A DNA stretch of 64,000 nucleotides from the NCBI GenBank assembly GCA_963844715.1, contig CAWJPJ010000006.1:608001-672000 (forward strand), given 5' to 3'. Source of the stretch: an uncultured Phycisphaerales bacterium. GTDB taxonomy: Bacteria > Planctomycetota > Phycisphaerae > Tepidisphaerales > Tepidisphaeraceae. The notes under the pieces are model-generated. The model saw only the letters and a list, made by a program, of their open reading frames with translations. It did not search any database and was not told the origin of the DNA. The number at the start of each line of letters is the position of its first letter. Positions within the stretch are counted from its first letter, which is position 1. Positions 23,037 to 34,546 of this stretch are shown piece after piece. Position numbers and translations under genes: made by a program.

Positions 23037-25422
23037 ATGAGTGACGAAACCGTGGACCCCGGGGGCGACTCTTTGCCTGCGCCGGCGCGCCAGAATGCCG
23101 ACGCAACTTTGCCGATGGGGTCACTTGCCGAAGCCGAGCAGACGGTGATCGGGCGGTTTCGATTGCTCGAGAAGATCGGGGAAGGCGGCTTCGGCGCGGT
23201 GTTCGTCGCGGAGCAAAAGCATCCCATCAAGCGGCGGGTAGCGCTCAAGATCATCAAGCTGGGAATGGACACGCGCGCGGTGGTCGCGCGCTTCGAAGCC
23301 GAGCGCCAGGCGCTGGCGATGATGGATCATCCCAACATCGCCGAGGTTTACGACGCCGGCACGACCGATACGGGACGCCCGTATTTTGTGATGGAATTGG
23401 TGCGCGGGATCTCCATCACCGAGTATTGCGATCAGAGCAATCTTCCGCCCGTCGAGCGACTGAATCTGTTCGTGGATGTTTGCCACGCCATCCAGCATGC
23501 GCACCAGAAGGGGATCATTCATCGGGATATCAAACCCTCAAATATTCTGGTCACGCTTCACGACGGCGTACCCGTGCCGAAGGTGATCGACTTCGGAATC
23601 GCCAAGGCGACGCAGGGCGATCTGACCGACAAAACGATTTACACCCAGCTTCTGCAATTCGTGGGAACGCCGGCGTATATGAGCCCCGAACAGGCGCAGC
23701 TCAGCGGGATGGATATCGATACGCGGAGCGACATATACAGCCTTGGGGTGCTCTTGTACGAGTTGCTGACCGGAACGACGCCGTTCGACGCCACCGAGCT
23801 GATGAAGGCGGGGATGGACGAGATGCGGCGGCAGATTCGAGAGACCGATCCGGTGCGCCCGTCAAACCGCCTCAGCGGCATGACCCGCGCGGATTCGACG
23901 ACAACCGCCAAACGCCGCGGAATCGATGCGCACCGGCTGATCAGTCTGCTCCGCGGCGATCTCGACTGGATCGTCATGAAATGCCTCGAGAAGGACCGCA
24001 CGCGGCGTTTCGATACGGCCAACGCGCTGGCAGAGGACATCCAGCGGCATCTGAATAACGAGGCGATCAAGGCCCGTCCGCCCAGCAACGCCTACCGACT
24101 TCAAAAGATGGTGCGCCGAAACAAACTGCTCTTCGGCGCGGCATTCGCGGTCGCGATCGCCCTGCTATTCGGGATTCTGGCAAGCACCTGGCAGGCCGTG
24201 CGCGCACCCGCGCCCAGCGCGAGGCGACCGCGGCGCAGCAGCAGGCGGACGCGGCCAGAAATATCGAGGCGGCCCTGCGCATCCAAGCCGAGGCCGACGA
24301 AAGCAACGCGCAAATCGCGGCGGCGCGCAGCGCGGCCGTGGCGCACTTCATGGAGGACATGCTCAAAGGAGTCGGCCCTTCGGTGGCGCTGGGGCGCGAT
24401 ACGACGTTGCTGCGCGAAATCCTCGATAAGACCGCCAAGCAGCTCGACGAGTTGACCGACCAGCCGGAAGTCGAGGCCGAGCTGAGAAACACCATCGGCG
24501 AGATATATCTGGCGCATGGGCAATTCCGTCAAGGCCGAGGCAATGCAGCGCGAGGCGCTGGCGCTCCAGCGAAAAAGCGAGGGGAACGACACCCTGGACG
24601 TGGCCACGACGGAATACGATCTGGCCAGGGCTCTTCTGGAGCGGAACAACCCCGAGTCCGAATCATTGCACCGCGACGCGCTGGCGATCCGCAGAAAGAT
24701 GTTGGGAAGCGACAGTCCGGAAGTGGCCGAATCCCTGGACAATCTCGCTCGAACGCTGCGCTCGGAGGGCAAATTCGCCGAAGCCGAATCCATGCAAAGG
24801 GAAGCCCTGGCGATTCGAAGAAAACTGAATGGCGACGAGAACGCCGATGTCGCGACCTCGCTGCACAATCTGGCGAATCTTCTGAGCGACCAGAACAAAC
24901 TGGATGAATCGGAAAGCATGCACCGCGAAGCTCTGGCGATTCGCCGCAGGCTCTATGGCGAGGAACAGCCGGACGTCGCGTCGTCCCTCTACGACCTGGC
25001 CCGGGTGCTCCGTGATGAAGGGAAACTGGAGGAGTCCGAGACGTTGCAACGCGAGGCGCTGGCGATTCGCCGAAAGCTGCTCGGGAACGAGCATCGGCGG
25101 GTCGGGGATTCGCTCGAGGAGTTGTCGCGCACGCTGCTTGAAGAAAAGAAATTCCCCGAGGCTGAGTCGGCGGCGCCGCGAGTCCCTGGCGATCTGGCAG
25201 ACGAAGTACCCGGACGCTTATTCCGTATTTGTGGGTCAGAGTCTGCTGGGGGGCTGCCTTCTGGGTGAGAAGAGATACGCTGAAGCCGAGCCGCTGCTGC
25301 TTTCCGGGTACGGGGGGCTCACGCAGCGTGAGGGAACGATGCCCGCGCAGAACAGGGCGAGATTGAAAGAAGCGGTCAAGTGGCTCGCGGAGTTTTACGA
25401 ACAGACCGGGCGCCGGCTCTAA
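23037..25422 (+). CDS. Hanks-type Ser/Thr kinase with TM segment and C-terminal TPR repeats (several frameshifts 24200-25180)
   Basis: [37 protein letters not shown] and [13 protein letters not shown]; repeats of the form '[12 protein letters not shown]..DVAxSL..LA'. Confidence 0.92.
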
Positions 25423-25507
25423 TGCAGGGGGCGGGAGGAAAGAATCAATGATGCGGAATAAATCGAGAGTCTCGGTCGGACGGGCTGGATCAGGCTTGGC
25501 CGTGCAA

Positions 25508-25807
25508 TCAGACGGTCGCGTCAACTAGATCGCCGTCTTCCACCCTATTGGCGTGGCTCATGTAATACTCCCACAGCACTTCAGGGTCCCAAATTTCGCG
25601 ATTATAGAACTCGGAACAGAAATAGCGGTTATCGTCCCCCATCGCCTCTTCAAAGCGCCGGGCAAAATCCGCGGCTCCCCCGCTTTTTACGTAATAACAC
25701 ACCAGCACTTCCGGATCATGCACCGGCCGCCTATGCGCCTGGGAGCAAAACCACCGATTCAGAGACCCCAACGCCTCATCCAGTTGCAGCCGAACCCGCA
25801 CGTCCAT
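25508..25807 (-). CDS. Hypothetical protein (two similar 'FCS...DPEVL..YY' halves)
   Basis: Plausible ORF with upstream GGAGG; internal duplication NRWFCS...DPEVLVCYY / NRYFCS...DPEVLWEYY. Confidence 0.6.
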   Translation of the reverse strand: MDVRVRLQLDEALGSLNRWFCSQAHRRPVHDPEVLVCYYVKSGGAADFARRFEEAMGDDNRYFCSEFYNREIWDPEVLWEYYMSHANRVEDGDLVDATV

Positions 25808-25954
25808 GTTCAGTCGTCCTCCATGGGCCGGAAATTCTAATGACCGACCTCAGGAATAAAAGAGAATTTTGCGCACCGCCACATCTTTTTTTACGATTTT
25901 GTTAGCCGGGTGTTCATTTGTTATGTGCCCGCGCCAATATATCATACGCGGAAA

Positions 25955-26365
25955 ATGGTCCAGATCGGCGGCAAGATCGTGCGCGGGTATGGCTGGGCCA
26001 CCAAATACCTCAAACTTCAAATCCCTGTCATAGCAAGGGAATTTCCGGAAATCGAGATCTGCCATCGCGGGTCGATTAATGTGCTGCTCGATAGGCCATT
26101 GCGCATCGAGCATCCCGATCACATCACCCGGCGGATCAATTGGAAGATCATGAAGGAGGTCTTTCATTTCACACGAATTGAGTTTCAACTTGCAGGCCGC
26201 CCCACCTGGCACCGCGCCTGGATCTACGGCCCCCAGAATTCGCCGCACCGGGTGAATCCGTTTTATATCGAGGTGATTTGCCCCAAAATTGCCCTTGGCC
26301 GATCGCGCCGCTGCCACATCCGAATTCATCGTCGGGCCAAAACGGTCCCAATGACGATAATCTGA
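25955..26365 (+). CDS. Hypothetical protein resembling CTP-dependent riboflavin kinase (RibK) fold
   Basis: GKIVRGYGWA, GSINVLL and PQNSPH...IEVICP echo RibK motifs GxVxSGxG, GTLN and PxxTxH...IEIIAP. Confidence 0.45.
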   Translation: MVQIGGKIVRGYGWATKYLKLQIPVIAREFPEIEICHRGSINVLLDRPLRIEHPDHITRRINWKIMKEVFHFTRIEFQLAGRPTWHRAWIYGPQNSPHRVNPFYIEVICPKIALGRSRRCHIRIHRRAKTVPMTII

Positions 26366-26380
26366 CAAGTCCCAATCTTA

Positions 26381-26424
26381 TCCCCTCTCCCCGGTATGCC
26401 GGGGAGAGGGTCAGGGTGAGGGGC
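26381..26424. repeat. REP-like family A (CCCCTCTCCC...GGGAGAGGGxxAGGGTGAGGGG)
   Basis: Hairpin plus GGGTGAGGGG tail; related doublets at 39037-39151 and 43811-43930. Confidence 0.85.
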
Positions 26425-26487
26425 AAAACGGCAACATGCTCGAGTCTGCAGTTTCGCGCGATAATGTCGATAATCTAAACACCGCCT

Positions 26488-27420
26488 ATGCAAGAATCCC
26501 TCCGCAATCGACTCACCTACGGCCCCATCATGCTGGCGGCGCTGCTCGGCCTCCTCTATTTCGATTACTGGGTCGAAAAAACCACCGCCGGCCGACTGGA
26601 TCATTCCATCCTCCACCCCGCCCCCGGCCAGGGACTCGCCGGCGCGGGCGTCGCCATCTTGCTCCTGGTTCTGCTGCCCCTGGCAACCGTTGAAATGGCC
26701 CAACTTCTGACCGCCGAGCGAGTGCGCCCCTATCGCACACTCGCCGCCTTCGGCTCCGGCATGCTCGTCATCCACGGCTTCCTCACCCAATTCCCCTGGT
26801 TCCAGCACATCGCCGCCTCGACCCTCGCCTTCATCATCGTCCTGACCATGGTTTTCGCCGCCGCCCGCCGCGCCGGCGCCGGCCACACCCAGGAAGCCAT
26901 CACCCGCATGGCCGGCACCGTCTCGTCGATGCTCTACCTCGGCGGCCTGGGCTGGTTCCTAATGGCCTTGCGCGTCAAACATTCTTCCGACGTCGTCCAC
27001 GGCTACCAGGGTTCCACCCAAGCCGTAGTCATGATCCTCCTGGTCGTAAAATTCACAGACATCGGCGCCTACTTCGGCGGCCGATCCCTCGGAAAACGAA
27101 AACTCATCCCCTGGCTCAGCCCCGGAAAAACCTGGGAAGGCCTAGCCTGCGGCCTGGCCACCGCGGCAATCGTCGGACTGATTTGCGCTTTGGTCTGGCG
27201 ACATGCACTCAGCACCCTCAAGTGGGACAAAGCCCTCCTCTTCGGCGTCATCATCGGCGGCGTAGGCCAACTCGGCGACCTCCTCGAAAGCCTCTTCAAG
27301 CGCGACGCCGAGGTAAAAGACAGCGGCAACTTCATCCCAGGCTTCGGCGGACTGCTGGATGTGATCGACAGCCCCCTACTCGCCGCCCCGGCGGCTTATC
27401 TTTTATTCAGTCTTTTTTGA
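26488..27420 (+). CDS. cdsA: Phosphatidate cytidylyltransferase
   Basis: DIGAYFGG, SPGKTWEG and GDLLESLFKRDAEVKDSG...PGFGGLLDVIDS. Confidence 0.95.
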   Translation: MQESLRNRLTYGPIMLAALLGLLYFDYWVEKTTAGRLDHSILHPAPGQGLAGAGVAILLLVLLPLATVEMAQLLTAERVRPYRTLAAFGSGMLVIHGFLTQFPWFQHIAASTLAFIIVLTMVFAAARRAGAGHTQEAITRMAGTVSSMLYLGGLGWFLMALRVKHSSDVVHGYQGSTQAVVMILLVVKFTDIGAYFGGRSLGKRKLIPWLSPGKTWEGLACGLATAAIVGLICALVWRHALSTLKWDKALLFGVIIGGVGQLGDLLESLFKRDAEVKDSGNFIPGFGGLLDVIDSPLLAAPAAYLLFSLF

Positions 27421-27552
27421 ACCGCGGATTTCGCGGATGCGCACGGATGAAGAGAAAACCGCCTCGGACTCACTCCGTCTCCAAGTCTCTTCGTTTCTTT
27501 GTCTCTACGAGAATTGAATTCTTATCCGCGCCATCCGCGAAATCCGCGGTTA
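27420..27552. repeat. REP-like hairpin family B
   Basis: AACCGCGGATTTCGCGGATG ... CATCCGCGAAATCCGCGGTT between convergent genes. Confidence 0.85.
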
Positions 27553-27556
27553 AAAT

Positions 27557-29014
27557 TTATTTTTTCAGTTTTCGAAGTTCCTCAATTACATCCGCCATCG
27601 GTTTGGACCAATCTCCGGGCTTGCTCTGTCGAAAGAGTCTGACCCTCGGATACCAGGGGCTTTCCTCGCCGTTCATCATCCACCTCCAATCCGGCAAAAA
27701 TGGCAGGAGCACCCAAACCGGTTTGCCCATCGCCGCCGCCAGATGAACGACGGACGTGTCGACCGAAATAACCAAATCCAAATTCGCAACTAGCGCCGCC
27801 GTGTCGGCGAAATCGAGAAGTTCATCCGCCCAATCGATCAATCGCATGCCGCCCGGCGGTTCCGCCGCTTGTTTCGCAGCTTCACCTTTTTGAAGACTAT
27901 AAAAACACGCTCCCGGAATCGTCGCGAGCGGTGCGAAATCCGCCAACGCCATCGAACGATTCCGATCGTTCCTATGCGAAGGGCTCCCCGCCCAAGCGAT
28001 TCCCACATTCACCGCAGGCCCGCTTCGCTGCACGCGGCCCCGCCACTTTTCGACCGCCCCCTCTTCCGCAACCAATGGAGTCTGAGTTGGAATGTTCTGA
28101 AGCGTGGTTTTGAACAGCCCCGGCAAGCTAAGAATCGGACAAGAAACATCGAACGCGGGCACCGGATCCTCGTCTGAGACCCAGGCATCGGCCCCGGGCA
28201 ATTGCCGGAGCAATCGAAGCAGACTCGCCGGAACTTGCACCAACACGCGCCCGCCGCGCTGCGCAACCAGCGGCAAGTACCGAATGAACTGAATCACATC
28301 CCCTGCCCCCTGCTCCGAATGCAAAAGAATCGTCCGCCCCTTCAATTCGCTGCCATCCCAGCGAGACTGCGAAAACATCCCCGTTCCTGAACCAAACGCC
28401 CGGTCTTTCCAACGCCATTCATACTCGCGCCAGCCGGCGGAAAAATCCCCGCTTAGGAGCAAAGCCATCGCCAGCTGCCCGTGAATTTCCGCATCGTCCG
28501 GCCGCAGAACGATCGCCCGCCGATACTCCGCGATCCCCTCAACGAGTCGCCCAATCGCCGTCAGCTCGCTCCCCAGATAGTAATGCGCCTCGCCATACTC
28601 CGGCCGCAGCAAAATCGCCCGCCGGTATTCTTCGATCGCCTCCTCGACCCGCCCCTGATCTCGAAGCACATTCCCCAGATTGCTGTGCGCCTCCGGTATG
28701 TTGGGATTGAGTTCGATCGCTTTTCGGTAAGTCGCGGCCGCCTCATCAAGCCGGCCAAGGTCCTTCAAGGCGTTCCCAAGATTGCTGTGTGCCCCCGCGG
28801 CGTTCGGTTGGAGGGCGATCGCTTGCCCAATCAACTCGACGGATGCCTCTTTCTGCCCCGCCTGGTAAGCGATGACTCCAAGATAATGCAAAGCCCCCGC
28901 ATGCCGCGGATTCCGCGCCAGAATCATTCTGTAGATTTGCTCCGCTTCGCGCAGGCGTCCCCCCTGATGGTGTTGCAAAGCCAGGGTGAACATTTGTTGG
29001 CTGTCCGCAGTCAT
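27557..29014 (-). CDS. TPR repeat protein with C-terminal GT9-like glycosyltransferase domain
   Basis: TPRs (AHSNLGNAL), GWREYEWRW, EQGAGDVIQF, VISVDTSVVHLAAAMG and SPWYP. Confidence 0.9.
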   Translation of the reverse strand: MTADSQQMFTLALQHHQGGRLREAEQIYRMILARNPRHAGALHYLGVIAYQAGQKEASVELIGQAIALQPNAAGAHSNLGNALKDLGRLDEAAATYRKAIELNPNIPEAHSNLGNVLRDQGRVEEAIEEYRRAILLRPEYGEAHYYLGSELTAIGRLVEGIAEYRRAIVLRPDDAEIHGQLAMALLLSGDFSAGWREYEWRWKDRAFGSGTGMFSQSRWDGSELKGRTILLHSEQGAGDVIQFIRYLPLVAQRGGRVLVQVPASLLRLLRQLPGADAWVSDEDPVPAFDVSCPILSLPGLFKTTLQNIPTQTPLVAEEGAVEKWRGRVQRSGPAVNVGIAWAGSPSHRNDRNRSMALADFAPLATIPGACFYSLQKGEAAKQAAEPPGGMRLIDWADELLDFADTAALVANLDLVISVDTSVVHLAAAMGKPVWVLLPFLPDWRWMMNGEESPWYPRVRLFRQSKPGDWSKPMADVIEELRKLKK

Positions 29015-29218
29015 TTGAGCAGTCCAATTCTTTTAACCGGAACGGTCCTCCGCCGAGCCGGATCGTAGACCCGTCCCGGACACCTATGAGTATAATTTGA
29101 TGCGTAACTCCGGCCAGCCAAGCCAATTGCGTAATGGGGTGCTCCTATCGCTTTTTCTGCCTGATTTAAGGACAATAATACTGGATAGCCGGAATAAACC
29201 GGCCGAAGCCATATAGCT

Positions 29219-30202
29219 GTGCAACTCAACATCGCCCTCGAACAACCTGAAAAGAAGCTCGCCCTTTTTGGCACGGCGGATCGCCATCTGCGCATGATCC
29301 GCCAGACCTTCGGCGTCCAGGTCGTCGGCCACGACGACCGCATCACGCTCAGCGGCGACCGCCAGCAACTCGACAAAGTCGCCGGCGTTTTGGACCACCT
29401 CCAAAAAGCTCTGCGCCGCCAGGATTGGCTCAGCGCGGAAGAAGTCGGCCGAGCCATCGGCCAAGCCGCCCAGGAATCCGCGGAGCATTCGCCCGACGAA
29501 ATTGACGTATATGCACGCGGACATTTCGTCCAGCCGCGCACCGCCGGCCAGCGCCTCTACATCGACGCGATCCAGAATCACGACCTGACCTTCTGCATCG
29601 GCCCCGCCGGCACGGGCAAAACGTATCTCGCCGTCGCGGTGGCCGCCAGTTTGCTTAAGCACGGGAAGGTGAAGCGCATCGTCCTGGCCCGCCCGGCAGT
29701 TGAAGCCGGCGAACGCCTCGGGTTCCTGCCCGGCGACCTCCAGGCAAAGGTAAATCCCTACCTTCGCCCGCTTTTTGACGCGTTGCACGACATGATGGAT
29801 TTCGAGCAGGTGAAACGGTTTATGGTCAATGACGTCATCGAGGTCATCCCTCTGGCGTTTATGCGCGGGCGAACCTTGAACGAAAGTGTTATAATCCTGG
29901 ACGAGGCTCAGAACACAACAGCCGCGCAAATGCTGATGTTCCTGACTCGACTTGGACACGATTCAAGGATGATCGTCACAGGGGATACCACGCAGGTCGA
30001 CCTACCGGCCGACGTGCGCAGTGGATTGGTTGACGCCATGGAGCGTCTTTCTGGCATTCGGGGAATCGCCACGGTACAGCTTCAGCGTTCCGACATCGTT
30101 CGTCACCGCCTCGTTCAGAACATCGTCAACGCCTATGAACGAAACGGAAACGCACGGCACGATTCAGGGGCGAAGAACGCCTCGGAGAGGGAGGAAGTCT
30201 AA
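29219..30202 (+). CDS. phoH: PhoH family ATPase
   Basis: GPAGTGKT, RPAVEAGERLGFLPGD, AFMRGRT, LDEAQN and DIVRH. Confidence 0.95.
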   Translation: MQLNIALEQPEKKLALFGTADRHLRMIRQTFGVQVVGHDDRITLSGDRQQLDKVAGVLDHLQKALRRQDWLSAEEVGRAIGQAAQESAEHSPDEIDVYARGHFVQPRTAGQRLYIDAIQNHDLTFCIGPAGTGKTYLAVAVAASLLKHGKVKRIVLARPAVEAGERLGFLPGDLQAKVNPYLRPLFDALHDMMDFEQVKRFMVNDVIEVIPLAFMRGRTLNESVIILDEAQNTTAAQMLMFLTRLGHDSRMIVTGDTTQVDLPADVRSGLVDAMERLSGIRGIATVQLQRSDIVRHRLVQNIVNAYERNGNARHDSGAKNASEREEV

Positions 30203-32564
30203 GTGTTCGGTCTGGACCGAAGATTTTCGGGCCCGCGACGCAGGCAGGTCGCCCGCGACGGGCGAACCATGTACTCCCCGCCGTCGGCGTGGCACATCCT
30301 GCGCGAGCGCGGCGGCATGGGTTCCCTCGGCATCGCCGCCGTCTTCTGCGTCGTCCTCATCGGCCTCTTCATGCTCCGCCAGGAAGTCGTCCCCTTCCGG
30401 CCAGGGCAATACGTTCCGCACGACATCACCGCCCGCGTCGATTTCACATTCTTCGATCAGGATGAAGACACCCGGCTCATCGATCTGGCCCGCAAAGAGG
30501 CGCCGCACGTTTACCATCCCGTGGCAGCCGACGTTTGGGATGCGATTCAATCCGATCTGCTTTCCCTTCCCGACAAGGTTCACGGCCTGACGCCGCAGGA
30601 ACTTGATCCGCCTCTTCGTGACATTCTGGACAGCGGGTCGATCACGCAGCTTGACCAGGATCGCACCGGCCCGGACCGCCGCCGATACGAAGACAACGTT
30701 CATAGCTTCATCGCCTATGCCGAGTTGCACATTCCGGGCGACGGGCGGCCGCTGGTCGTCCTGCCGCAGGACGATTGGGCGCGAGACGCAGCTTTCTGAT
30801 GCCGGGGAGCACGGCAAGATCATCCTTCGGACCCCGCCAAGCCCCACTTCCGCGGCCGTGCCGCCCGAGCAGGTGATCGATCCGCTTCAGGATGCGTATT
30901 CGACCAATCTTCCCGGCTCGGTGCTCACCCGCCTGCAGGACTACGCCGCGGGATTTTGATCTGGGCCTCGGCGCCAAGATCGCGCATATCACCTTTGCCG
31001 AGTTGGAAGCGCATCCAACTTATGAATTGGACGAAATCGCGACGGCCGAGGAGAAAAATACCGCCGGAGACCATGTCGACCGGAGTCTGGCGAACTTCGA
31101 GTTCCCGCGCAACGGCGTAATCGTCCAACAGGGAATTATCACCGAACGCGATTGGCGAGTGCTGGTCGCCGAAAACCAGGCCTACTACCGGTCGCTCACG
31201 GCGGACGCGCTGGCAATGTGGCGCTATCGCCTGGGATTGGCCCTGATTGGCATCATCGTCACCATTATTTTGTCCGCCTACGTGGTGCGCTATCAGCCGC
31301 GCGTCGTGCGAAATCACACCCGCGGGACCGCCTTGGCGGGGCTCCTGCTGTCCATGCTTCTGGTGTCGCAATTGGCGGGGATTGGCAGCAACTCTCTGTT
31401 CATCTTCGCCACGGCCCCGACGATTCTGGCGGCAATGATCCTCACCATCGCCTACGACCAGCGCTTCGCGATCGGCGTAGCCACAATCCATGCAATGGTG
31501 GTCACCGCCGCCCTCGACCAGAACCTCGGCTTCTTCTTCATCCTGTGGGCAGGCGTGCTGACGGCGTGTTATCTACTCGACGACATCCGCACCCGCAGCA
31601 AACTAATTGAAGTCGGCGGGGCCGCAGCCCTGGCGATGATCCTCGTCACCGCCGCCGTCGGCGCGATGCAGATGGAGCCGGTGAATTTTATCGCCTCAAA
31701 CGCGCTCTATGTCGGAGCGGGCGGATTATTCGCGGGATTCATCGTGCTCGGCATTCTGCCGTTTATTGAAAAGGCGTTCCGCATCACGACGAGCATGACC
31801 TTCCTCGAGCTGGCGGACGCCAGCCAACCCTTGCTGCGCCGGCTGGCGCTGGAAGCGCCGGGTACTTACAACCACAGTCTACAGGTGGCGACGCTCGCCG
31901 AAGCCGCGGCTGATGCCATCGGGGCGAACTCGCTCCTTTGCCGCGTGGGGAGCTATTACCACGACATCGGAAAGATCAACAAGCCGGACTATTTCGTTGA
32001 AAATCAGATGGACGGAGAAAATCGCCACATCAATCTCAGCCCCAGCCTGTCGCTTCGAATTATTCTCTCCCACGTGAAAGACGGCGTGGAGATGGCGCGC
32101 GAATACGCGCTGCCGACCAGTCTGCTGCCGATCATTCAGCAGCATCACGGCACGACTCTGGTGGAATATTTCTATCACCAGGCGGTGACCCAGCAGGATC
32201 AGCAGGCGGATATTTCGCCGGAAGTTAGCGACGCGGAATACCGATACCCCGGCCCCAAGCCCAAGAGCAAGGAATCCGCCATTGTGATGGTTGCCGACGC
32301 CGTCGAGAGCTGCGCCGGGCAACGCGCGAGCCCACGCCGGCGAGAATCGAAACCCTGATCCATGAGCTTGCCATGAAGCGGCTCCACGACGGCCAATTCG
32401 ATGAATGCGATCTGACCATGCGAGATCTGGAACGCATCGAGCGCTCGCTGGCCAAAACGCTTCAGGGCATTTATCACGGTCGAATCGCCTACCCCACCAC
32501 AAGTTCGGCCGCCCCGGTTACCGCGACCCCCGCACCCGGACCGGCAGCGACCAAATCCGCGTGA
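30203..32564 (+). CDS. 7TM-HD phosphohydrolase (PgpH-like; frameshifted)
   Basis: Extracellular domain, TM block, APGTYNHS, YYHDIGK, QHHGT, YPGPKP and MVADAVE; sits in phoH-HD-ybeY context. Confidence 0.88.
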
Positions 32565-33073
32565 AAAACAACCTAAATTTGACCATCGCGGCTCTTGTCG
32601 GCAGCCGTTGGGCTGGATTTCTGGAACAGCACCTGCGCCGCGCTCACGAATTGTTGCGATCTCCGCTGGAGGATATGGCGGTCACTATCGCGGGCGATGC
32701 GCTGATGCGCAAACTTCACCATCGCTACCTGGGCGATTCCGCTTCCACGGATGTGCTCACGTTCGAGCTGGACAAGAACAATTCCGGAGCGGTGGTTTCG
32801 GGACAGATTGTAATATGTCTTCCCGTGGCCCGCCGAGCTGCAAAGATTCGTGGCATTCCCATCGAAAAAGAATTGCTCCTTTACGCTTTGCATGGCATGT
32901 TGCACCTCGCCGGGTTCGACGATAGAACCGTCGCGGGTTTCAACGCCATGCACAAGAAGGAAGACCAAATTCTGATCCAAATGGGGATCGGCCCGGTCTT
33001 TCGTCCAAAGAATCCGCAAATTGCCGGGCGAAGAAGATCGCGCGGCGCGGTAAAATCGGGAACAGCGCGATGA
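32561..33073 (+). CDS. ybeY: rRNA maturation RNase YbeY
   Basis: TDVLTF and HGMLHLAGFDD. Confidence 0.9.
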   Translation: MKNNLNLTIAALVGSRWAGFLEQHLRRAHELLRSPLEDMAVTIAGDALMRKLHHRYLGDSASTDVLTFELDKNNSGAVVSGQIVICLPVARRAAKIRGIPIEKELLLYALHGMLHLAGFDDRTVAGFNAMHKKEDQILIQMGIGPVFRPKNPQIAGRRRSRGAVKSGTAR

Positions 33074-34354
33074 AACTCTATCTCACCATCGCCGGCGTCG
33101 CCGCTGCCTCGCTCCTCTCGTTTATCTTCTCATCCCTGACCTATTCCCTGCGCGAATTTTCCCGCCAGCGCCTGGCCGAACTTCTGGGCAAGCGCGACGC
33201 CGACCACTGGTTCGAAACGCTCACCGAGCAGACCGCCGACCTTGTTTTCCTTACCGCGGTCGCACGGCAGGTTTGCAACGTGACAATCTGGGCGTTCACG
33301 TTCGCGGCGTTTGAACAGACGGATTTGAGCCGCATTTTTTCGCTACGGAATGACGATTGTCGTGGCCGTGATCATCGCGGTTTTCTGCTCCATCGCCGTG
33401 CCTTACGCGGCGGCGCGCTACGCCTCGGCGGAAATCGTCGGAACCGCCGCCCCGCTGCTTGGCGGGCTCTATTGGCTCTTCGCTCCGATGACGAAGCTGA
33501 TGCACAAGATCGATCACACCGTCCGTCGCGCCCTGGGAGCCGATCAAACCAGGACGGATCACCAGCACATCGAGGATGATATTCTTTCGGCCGTCGAGGA
33601 AGGCGAAAAGGAAGGCGTCGTCAAGCCGCAGGAACGCGAGATGATCGAATCGATCATGGAATTCGCCCAGGCGACCGTCGGCCAGATCATGACCCCCCGG
33701 CAGGAATTCTCCGCCATCAGCGCCAAAGCGACCCTTGACGACGCCAAGCGCGCCATTGAATCGAGCGGGCATTCGCGCATCCCCCTGTATGACGGAACCC
33801 TCGATCACGTCATCGGCTTCCTTCACGCGCGCGATCTCATCAAATATCTAGGGTCCGCCACCGAGCCTTTCGACGCGCGGCGGGCCATGCGCCCGGTGGT
33901 CTTCGTCCCCGAGACCAAACCTCTGCGCGATCTGCTAAACGATTTTCGCGCTCAGAAGGTACACATCGCCATTGTGCTCGACGAATACGGAAGCACCGCG
34001 GGGCTGGTCACGATCGAAGACATCCTGGAAGAACTGGTCGGCGAAATATCCGACGAGCACGAACCGGCGGAGCCCCCGATGTTCAAAAAGATCGACGAGA
34101 AATCCGCGGATGCCGATGCGCGCATCACCATCGAGCAGCTCAATCGCCTGCTGGGGATTTCGCTGCCTGAAGACGCGGGCTACGAAACTCTGGGCGGATT
34201 CCTGACGACCGTGCTGGCCAAGATCCCGGAAAAGGGCGCGACGTTCGATCAAAACGGGGTCCGCTACACGGTGCTCGACGCCGAGCCGCAGCGGATCAAG
34301 CGCGTGAAGATCGAAATGTTGCCCGCCACGGCGGACGTCCGCCGCGCCGGGTAA
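33070..34354 (+). CDS. CNNM/hemolysin-family CBS-CorC membrane protein (frameshift ~33340)
   Basis: IMTPR, HSRIPLY, VLDEYGSTAGLVTIEDILEELVGEI and YETLGG. Confidence 0.9.
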
Positions 34355-34546
34355 CGAGTTTTTGCGCAGATTCGCAGCCAAATCGGCGGTTTTACCGAAA
34401 CACGCGCCGATCAGAACCTGCGCTGCCAGCGGTCATCCGCATCTCCATGCCCCATAAGACTTTGCAACCGATTCGAGTCTTCACGGGTTGTAACAGGCGT
34501 CTTTAACCACTAAACTACCCGACTTTCCCCAACGGGCAGGTTTTTC

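Noticed and set aside
34447..34512. Possible leader peptide upstream of aroF (MPIRLCNRFESSRVVTGVFNH)
   Set aside because: No run of aromatic codons and no convincing terminator.
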